Position numbers and translations under genes: made by a program
The notes under the pieces: generated by a model
The model's database searches: none
The model's input: only the letters and a program-made list of their open reading frames with translations
What the model was told of the DNA's origin: nothing
In this document: positions 38,164 through 42,715 of the stretch, piece by piece
Layout of the letters: each line of letters opens with the position of its first letter
Position numbering within the stretch: position 1 is the first letter of the stretch
Source: Paraclostridium sp.
GTDB taxonomy: Bacteria > Bacillota > Clostridia > Peptostreptococcales > Peptostreptococcaceae
Reading direction: 5' to 3'
NCBI RefSeq assembly: GCF_051657365.1
Contig: NZ_JBOFKN010000029.1
Location: 1 to 42,715 of the forward strand
Length of the DNA stretch: 42,715 bases

Positions 38164-38844
38164 ATGGAAAAGAAATACATAGAATTTGGAATAACAGGAA
38201 TATTGTTAGGAACTACAGTTCATTTTTTGAAAAATTACTTTACTAATAAAATAAATTCAGCTAAACAATCAGATGATATTAAAACTGATGGAGAAAAAGT
38301 TAAATTAAATCAAAATAAAGAACTATTTGATTTATTCAAACAATCTTATAGAAAGCAAGAGGATAAAATTTCCAAGTTTGAAGTTGAGTTAATAGAAATG
38401 AAAAAGATGATAGCCGATAATTCTTATATGGGAAGTGATGATTATAGACTATTCATAAAAACTTATTTATCATTAATGTTCCACAATATCGAAAATGAAC
38501 TTAGGCTTATTGTTGAGAGAAATAATATAAATGAAACTACATTAGATTTGACGAATAAAAAGATAATAAATTTTATTGAAAGATTAACTAATGATAGTTT
38601 AACTTCTATTGATAAAATTCATTTCTATAGAAATGTAATAATTAAAACAACGAGCCTTATATCTGGGCAAAAAGAATATATAATTTCTGTTTACTCAGGA
38701 CCTTTTGAAGAATATACCAAGTCTACTAAAGATTCAGTTGCCAAAAAAGATGAGGCTTTAAAGAATATAAGTGAAATTACTAAATATTTATCAAATAAAT
38801 TAATAGCTAGTTTTCAAGATATAATGAAGACCGAAATATATTAA
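38164..38844 (+). CDS. Hypothetical membrane-anchored protein (226 aa)
   Basis: ATG with AGGAGATG RBS. N-terminal hydrophobic segment GITGILLGTTVHFL. Transcribed divergently from the minus-strand operon. Confidence 0.7.
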   Translation: MEKKYIEFGITGILLGTTVHFLKNYFTNKINSAKQSDDIKTDGEKVKLNQNKELFDLFKQSYRKQEDKISKFEVELIEMKKMIADNSYMGSDDYRLFIKTYLSLMFHNIENELRLIVERNNINETTLDLTNKKIINFIERLTNDSLTSIDKIHFYRNVIIKTTSLISGQKEYIISVYSGPFEEYTKSTKDSVAKKDEALKNISEITKYLSNKLIASFQDIMKTEIY

Positions 38845-38885
38845 AAATAGAAACTGCCATAGTATCATTATATTTTCTAATTTTT

Positions 38886-38899
38886 GGTGGGTGGGTGGG
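38886..38899 (+). other. G-quadruplex-type motif GGTGGGTGGGTGGG
   Basis: Four G-runs separated by single T, read directly. Conspicuous in a very AT-rich context. Lies in a convergent intergenic region. Confidence 0.4.
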
Positions 38900-38928
38900 A
38901 AATTCCATCCGCTAAAAAAATAAAAAAA

Positions 38929-38980
38929 AAGAGCACACATGCGATATAGGTTTCCCTAAATCCAACTTGCTCTTTTTTTA
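38929..38980. terminator. Bidirectional terminator region (AAGAGCA...TGCTCTT stem flanked by A-run and T-run)
   Basis: Inverted repeat with long A-run (38911-38930) on one side and T-run (38972-38979) on the other, between convergent genes. The loop is long, so the exact structure is uncertain. Confidence 0.45.
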
Positions 38981-39140
38981 ATTGACGTAAAAAAATAAAA
39001 TAAGTTTCTAAATTTTTATAAGAAACGAAAGTTTTATAAGTGATAAACTTTATTACGGTATATCTCACTTATAGAATTTAAAAATCAATACTCTCAAAAC
39101 ATATATATTATAATAACATAATGTTTAATAATTTACAAAT

Positions 39141-39950
39141 TTATAATAATTCACGTAAATTGAATACAAAGTTATGAATATTTCTTTTATCATTTGTTTT
39201 ATAAGTAACTTCTCCAGAATTATTTTTAGTAATTACACTAATAAAATTTTGTTCGACTAATTCGCTTCTAGAAAAAGAACCTCCTCCTAAAATAAATTCA
39301 ACATCAAAACCTATTTTATTATTTTTCTTTTTAATTATTTTTTCTAATTCTTTTAAATCGAAAATATTTTTATTCATATGAGTTTTGAAATTTCCTATAA
39401 AAATATATTTTTTTACAGAATTTTCTTCTAACCATTTGATTTCTTGGACACCATGTATAAATCCCTCGTCATATTTTTCCAAAGATGTTTTTTGAGTAAC
39501 CCAACTAGCTATAACTAAGTCTGGTTTATATTTTTCTATAGACTCTAAATCTGTTAGTTTTTCAATATTTTTATTAATATAGTTTAATGGATAATGGTTA
39601 TTCAATTCATAATATGCTTTTATAGATGGTGTTAATTGAATCATAGAATCAGTTCCTCTTATTCCAATTATTTTATTTAAGTATCCGTTACCAGCTCCTA
39701 TTTCTATTGGATTTTTATAATTTGATATTTCTTCTTTTAAAAAAAGTTCTAACTCTTTTGTAGGATAACAATATAGTCCTTCTGATAAACTATGAGCTTT
39801 AAAGATTTCGAAACCAATAGCTCCATATTTTTTTATAAAATTTAAAATTTCTGATGTATTTGGTGAATCTCCTTTAATATATTTATTTACTGTTAAATTT
39901 TTTAACTCCTCATATTGTGGTAATTTTTTTAAAGTTTCTATTATATTCAT
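39141..39950 (-). CDS. Class I SAM-dependent methyltransferase (269 aa), substrate unknown
   Basis: Motif I IEIGAGNGYL (E/DxGxGxG) and a downstream DLVIASWV beta-strand. No DPPY/NPPY or PCQ DNA-methyltransferase motifs were seen. Confidence 0.6.
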   Translation of the reverse strand: MNIIETLKKLPQYEELKNLTVNKYIKGDSPNTSEILNFIKKYGAIGFEIFKAHSLSEGLYCYPTKELELFLKEEISNYKNPIEIGAGNGYLNKIIGIRGTDSMIQLTPSIKAYYELNNHYPLNYINKNIEKLTDLESIEKYKPDLVIASWVTQKTSLEKYDEGFIHGVQEIKWLEENSVKKYIFIGNFKTHMNKNIFDLKELEKIIKKKNNKIGFDVEFILGGGSFSRSELVEQNFISVITKNNSGEVTYKTNDKRNIHNFVFNLRELL

Positions 39951-39954
39951 TATT

Positions 39955-40512
39955 CTATTCTCTTTCTATTAAAGTTTCATTCTCTAAAATATCAAGAAAT
40001 TTAGGAAAAACACTTCTATTATCGTATCCTAGAGATTTAACGTATATTCTACTATCTGGGCTTAAATTATGTGATTGATATTTCATATAATCAGAAGCAT
40101 CCTTATAATTTAAAAAGATAGCTTTTTCTTCCCAATTTAGACATTGATATGTTGTACGGCTGTACATAAGATTTTCTGACTCTTTAGACGTTTCAAGAAT
40201 ATCTTTGACCTCTTCTAAGTCCATTGCATCTTTTAATGAGTCATTTAAACAATCGCTTAAATCAAAATCTTTTTTCAATGTTCCATTATGTATTTGTTTT
40301 AAAGTGTATCCTTCAAAAGAGTTGTAAGGTATTAATAATGCCTTATCTGCATCTTCTGGCAAACAATCTATATAATTACAATCTTCTACTATATAAATAG
40401 GATTTCTAGTGCCTGATGTTTTCTTTTGTAATTTATCTGATATTCTTTCTTTTTCTAAATGTTCTAAAATATCTAATAACTTTTTATTTATTTTTATATT
40501 AATCATTTCCAT
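39955..40512 (-). CDS. Hypothetical protein (185 aa)
   Basis: ATG 40512 with AAGGAG 7 nt upstream. Stop is 4 nt before the MTase start. Confidence 0.7.
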   Translation of the reverse strand: MEMINIKINKKLLDILEHLEKERISDKLQKKTSGTRNPIYIVEDCNYIDCLPEDADKALLIPYNSFEGYTLKQIHNGTLKKDFDLSDCLNDSLKDAMDLEEVKDILETSKESENLMYSRTTYQCLNWEEKAIFLNYKDASDYMKYQSHNLSPDSRIYVKSLGYDNRSVFPKFLDILENETLIERE

Positions 40513-40576
40513 TATAAACTCCTTGTAACAAATGCTGTAGCAAATATAACTACAATTATTAATATTATTAATTTTA

Positions 40577-40939
40577 TTAAAACCATAAAAATTCCTTTGA
40601 ATATAAAATTGGAGAATTTGAAATTATTACCCAAGATGCTGCTTTATATCTATTAAAAATAGCTTGTGGAGTATCGTTATCTAGCTCCATAGTCTCAAAT
40701 TCTTTATTTATATCTTTATTTTTACTAGCAAAATGTTTTAATAAATCTACTTCTTTTTTAGTTTCTTCATTTAATATAGTCCGATCTATTTTATATAAAA
40801 TAATTTTAAATTCATCTAAAGTTTTTGGATTTTTGTTTATCATAAATTCATATGTTTTAGGAAAGAAATCTTGCAAAATATTCATAGTTATATAAATTGC
40901 TTCTTCGTTGCTAGTTTTATTGAAATCTATTGTTTTCAT
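40577..40939 (-). CDS. Hypothetical protein (120 aa)
   Basis: ATG 40939 with AGGAG RBS. Overlaps the upstream gene (ATGA). Confidence 0.65.
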   Translation of the reverse strand: MKTIDFNKTSNEEAIYITMNILQDFFPKTYEFMINKNPKTLDEFKIILYKIDRTILNEETKKEVDLLKHFASKNKDINKEFETMELDNDTPQAIFNRYKAASWVIISNSPILYSKEFLWF

Positions 40940-41295
40940 TCTATAATCTCCTTTTTTTCAATTTCTTTAGGAACTTGTATTATAACTTCTGTGAACTTAG
41001 TATCTAGAATATCCTCAAAAGTTTTTTGAATATAATCTAGTTTATTTTTTACAAAGAAATTGTTTTTTCCACCGATAGTACAAGTGAAGACAAGAGATAA
41101 TGCATTAAAATTTTCAAAAGGTTGTGTTGTTACCATGATAGATTGAAGGACACCGCCGAAACCTTCTTTGTACATATTTTTAAATTTTTTATCGATAAGA
41201 TTATTTATTTTTTCTATGCCATTATCTGTTAATTTTTTTTGGGACATAGAAAATTCTATAAATTCATATCCTTTTATATTTGTTGTTACTAACAT
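40936..41295 (-). CDS. Hypothetical protein (119 aa)
   Basis: ATG 41295. Start and stop are tightly packed with both neighbours. Confidence 0.65.
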   Translation of the reverse strand: MLVTTNIKGYEFIEFSMSQKKLTDNGIEKINNLIDKKFKNMYKEGFGGVLQSIMVTTQPFENFNALSLVFTCTIGGKNNFFVKNKLDYIQKTFEDILDTKFTEVIIQVPKEIEKKEIIE

Positions 41296-41297
41296 AA

Positions 41298-41699
41298 TTA
41301 TTTCTGCTCCATATATTCTAAAATGTCTTTTTCTTCATTAAGTAGTTTTAATTTTTCTATTATTTCTTCTACTTTTTCTGGAATTAATCCAGGTTTTAAC
41401 GTATTTGGTATTAGAGAGTTTTCTTTAATCAAAGCTACTTCCCAATAATTTTTAGAACAAAGATATCCTAATCCATTACCGCTTATACAGCTAAGATTTA
41501 TAGAATCTGTTATCTTGAAAACTATTTGTCTAACTACTTTTTTTGTATCTTTGGAAATAAAAAAAGTTTTATATTTTTTTATAATTAAAGATTCGTTGTA
41601 TGGATATTTAAGTTTTATTTTTTTAAAATTAAATATATTGTTAATTTTTCTTATTTTTGGTGAATGTTTTCTTTTTCTCTTTTTATTAAATGCTTTCAT
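41298..41699 (-). CDS. Hypothetical protein (133 aa) with a highly basic N-terminus (KKRKRKHSPKIRK)
   Basis: ATG 41699 with AGGTG RBS. Possibly nucleic-acid binding, by charge only. Confidence 0.65.
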   Translation of the reverse strand: MKAFNKKRKRKHSPKIRKINNIFNFKKIKLKYPYNESLIIKKYKTFFISKDTKKVVRQIVFKITDSINLSCISGNGLGYLCSKNYWEVALIKENSLIPNTLKPGLIPEKVEEIIEKLKLLNEEKDILEYMEQK

Positions 41700-41706
41700 T
41701 TTACAC

Positions 41707-42075
41707 CTATTTATTATCCTTGTACTTTATAATATCTGTTTTACCACAATTGCCACATTTTTTTACAAGTGTAATTTTTTTTAGATTTTCAAGTGGATCT
41801 GTTTTTTTTAGTAACTCCAACAAAATTTCTTTGTCTAGTATAGCTCTATTTATCCCATTACATTTAACCTTTAATTTATCTCCGTAAGAGATTAAAGTTG
41901 GGTAATAAATGGAATCATTTCTAGCTATAACATAAGCTTCTCCAAAATAAAATTGATTATGTATTTTATTGAAATCTATTTCACTGCAAGCTGTAGCGAA
42001 AATTCCTTCACCTTTATTTTGTATAAATGTTTCTTCAGAATAAGGCAAAGTGATTTTAAAAAAATTATTTGTCAT
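41707..42075 (-). CDS. Hypothetical protein (about 122 aa) with a C-terminal CxxC (CGNCGK) and two further Cys, a possible zinc ribbon
   Basis: Preferred start ATG 42075 with GGAGGTG RBS. The track start at 42111 lacks an RBS. Confidence 0.6.
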   Translation of the reverse strand: MTNNFFKITLPYSEETFIQNKGEGIFATACSEIDFNKIHNQFYFGEAYVIARNDSIYYPTLISYGDKLKVKCNGINRAILDKEILLELLKKTDPLENLKKITLVKKCGNCGKTDIIKYKDNK

Positions 42076-42141
42076 AAGACACCTCCGAAATAAATTACCT
42101 ATATATAACAAATTATATATAAGTAATTTGTTATTTGCAAA

Positions 42142-42597
42142 TTACCGAATTTTATTCAGGAATATTTCTATATCTTCATGTGTTGCTAAAGAAAATCCAT
42201 CGCATTTTAAAAATTCTTCGTATAAAAAAGCTAAAGTTTCTTTTAAATTTCCAGTATACTTATGATAATTGTATAAAGTTTTATAAACTTCTATTTTAAA
42301 GCTATTTTCAAAAATATAATCTTTTGATAGTGAAAGCATATTTATTTCGAAATTTTCATATTCATTTTTTATAGATTCTGAAATTGTGTATATTTTATTT
42401 TTTTTTGTTTTTAAATCTTGTATTTCATATGTAGTTGGTGTTAATCCATTTTCTTTTATAAAATCTTTAAAACCAATTAATCTTCTATCTATATCATTGA
42501 ATGTTTCTCCTCTATTTTTGAAAAAAATTCCATCAATCTCAGAAAAATCATGAGTATTGTGTGGTGTATCAAAAAAAACTACAAATCCTTCTTTCAT
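42142..42597 (-). CDS. Hypothetical protein (151 aa)
   Basis: ATG 42597 with GGAGGA RBS. First gene of the minus-strand small-gene cluster. AT-rich promoter-like region upstream (42598-42715). Confidence 0.7.
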   Translation of the reverse strand: MKEGFVVFFDTPHNTHDFSEIDGIFFKNRGETFNDIDRRLIGFKDFIKENGLTPTTYEIQDLKTKKNKIYTISESIKNEYENFEINMLSLSKDYIFENSFKIEVYKTLYNYHKYTGNLKETLAFLYEEFLKCDGFSLATHEDIEIFLNKIR

Positions 42598-42715
42598 TTT
42601 TAGTCCTCCTAATTTTTTAATCGTTTAAATCAATTTTAATGTATTTAATATTTTTAATGTTTAAGTCTAAGTTATATTACTTTATAATCATTTATAAATA
42701 TAAATTAATCGTATT

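Noticed and set aside
38877-39068. 63-aa minus-strand ORF in the convergent intergenic region
   Set aside because: It spans the G-run and the bidirectional terminator and has no RBS, so it is most likely non-coding. The region was also inspected for tRNA-like cloverleaf features (T-loop GGTTCRANYCC), and none was found.
41515-42265. + strand ORFs 41515-41784, 41690-41887 and 42050-42265 opposite the minus-strand small-gene cluster
   Set aside because: No RBS and Phe/Leu/Ile-rich. They overlap minus-strand genes that have strong RBSs and tight operon packing.
1-42715. Searches for CRISPR arrays, rRNA/tRNA genes, integrase/transposase genes, attachment-site direct repeats and lysis cassette (holin/endolysin)
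   Set aside because: No repeat-spacer arrays, no tRNA-like structures, and no recognisable tyrosine/serine recombinase, transposase or muramidase/amidase motifs were found by eye. Element boundaries therefore cannot be placed within this window.

Overview
Very AT-rich window (G+C roughly one quarter by eye; Asn/Lys/Ile-rich proteins; strong AGGAG-type RBSs). Positions 2 to ~33.6 kb form one long, tightly packed + strand block of virion-type genes that reads like the baseplate/tail-fibre module of a large tailed phage or prophage (or a phage-tail-like element). It contains three giant ORFs: >=1,500 aa (open to the window edge, C-terminal EEP/DNase-I-like domain), 2,800 aa (about 12 tandem FN3-like repeats) and 1,178 aa (three internal repeats). 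These are followed by at least five fibre-like genes. The fibres show coiled coils, a 5x tandem ~40-aa repeat, a shared ~100-aa C-terminal module, a tail fibre with a duplicated HxH..KLDGI repeat plus a C-terminal S74-type intramolecular chaperone domain (SDERLK), and a possible fibre-assembly gene. The block is split into several transcription units by clear rho-independent terminators. Downstream come moron-like cargo genes: a small OmpX/Ail/Lom-like beta-barrel protein and a YkgJ-type CxxCxxCC protein. A convergent minus-strand operon encodes an SPFH/flotillin-like protein, a bactofilin-like beta-helix protein, a P-loop-like protein and a small GroES-like protein. The right end carries a minus-strand cluster of small overlapping genes that includes a SAM-dependent methyltransferase. 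The strongest DNA-level signal is a 12-bp palindrome, GACGAATTCGTC, present four times, each within a 16-bp near-perfect palindrome GNGACGAATTCGTCNC. Other signals are a GC-rich GNRA-tetraloop hairpin between the 2,800-aa gene and the next cistron, a G-quadruplex-type G-run in a convergent intergenic region, and an unannotated 44-aa ORF with a strong RBS. No tRNA, rRNA, CRISPR array, integrase or transposase was recognisable. Host and element identity are inferences only; the C-terminal-Phe beta-barrel protein suggests a diderm, Fusobacterium-like host.
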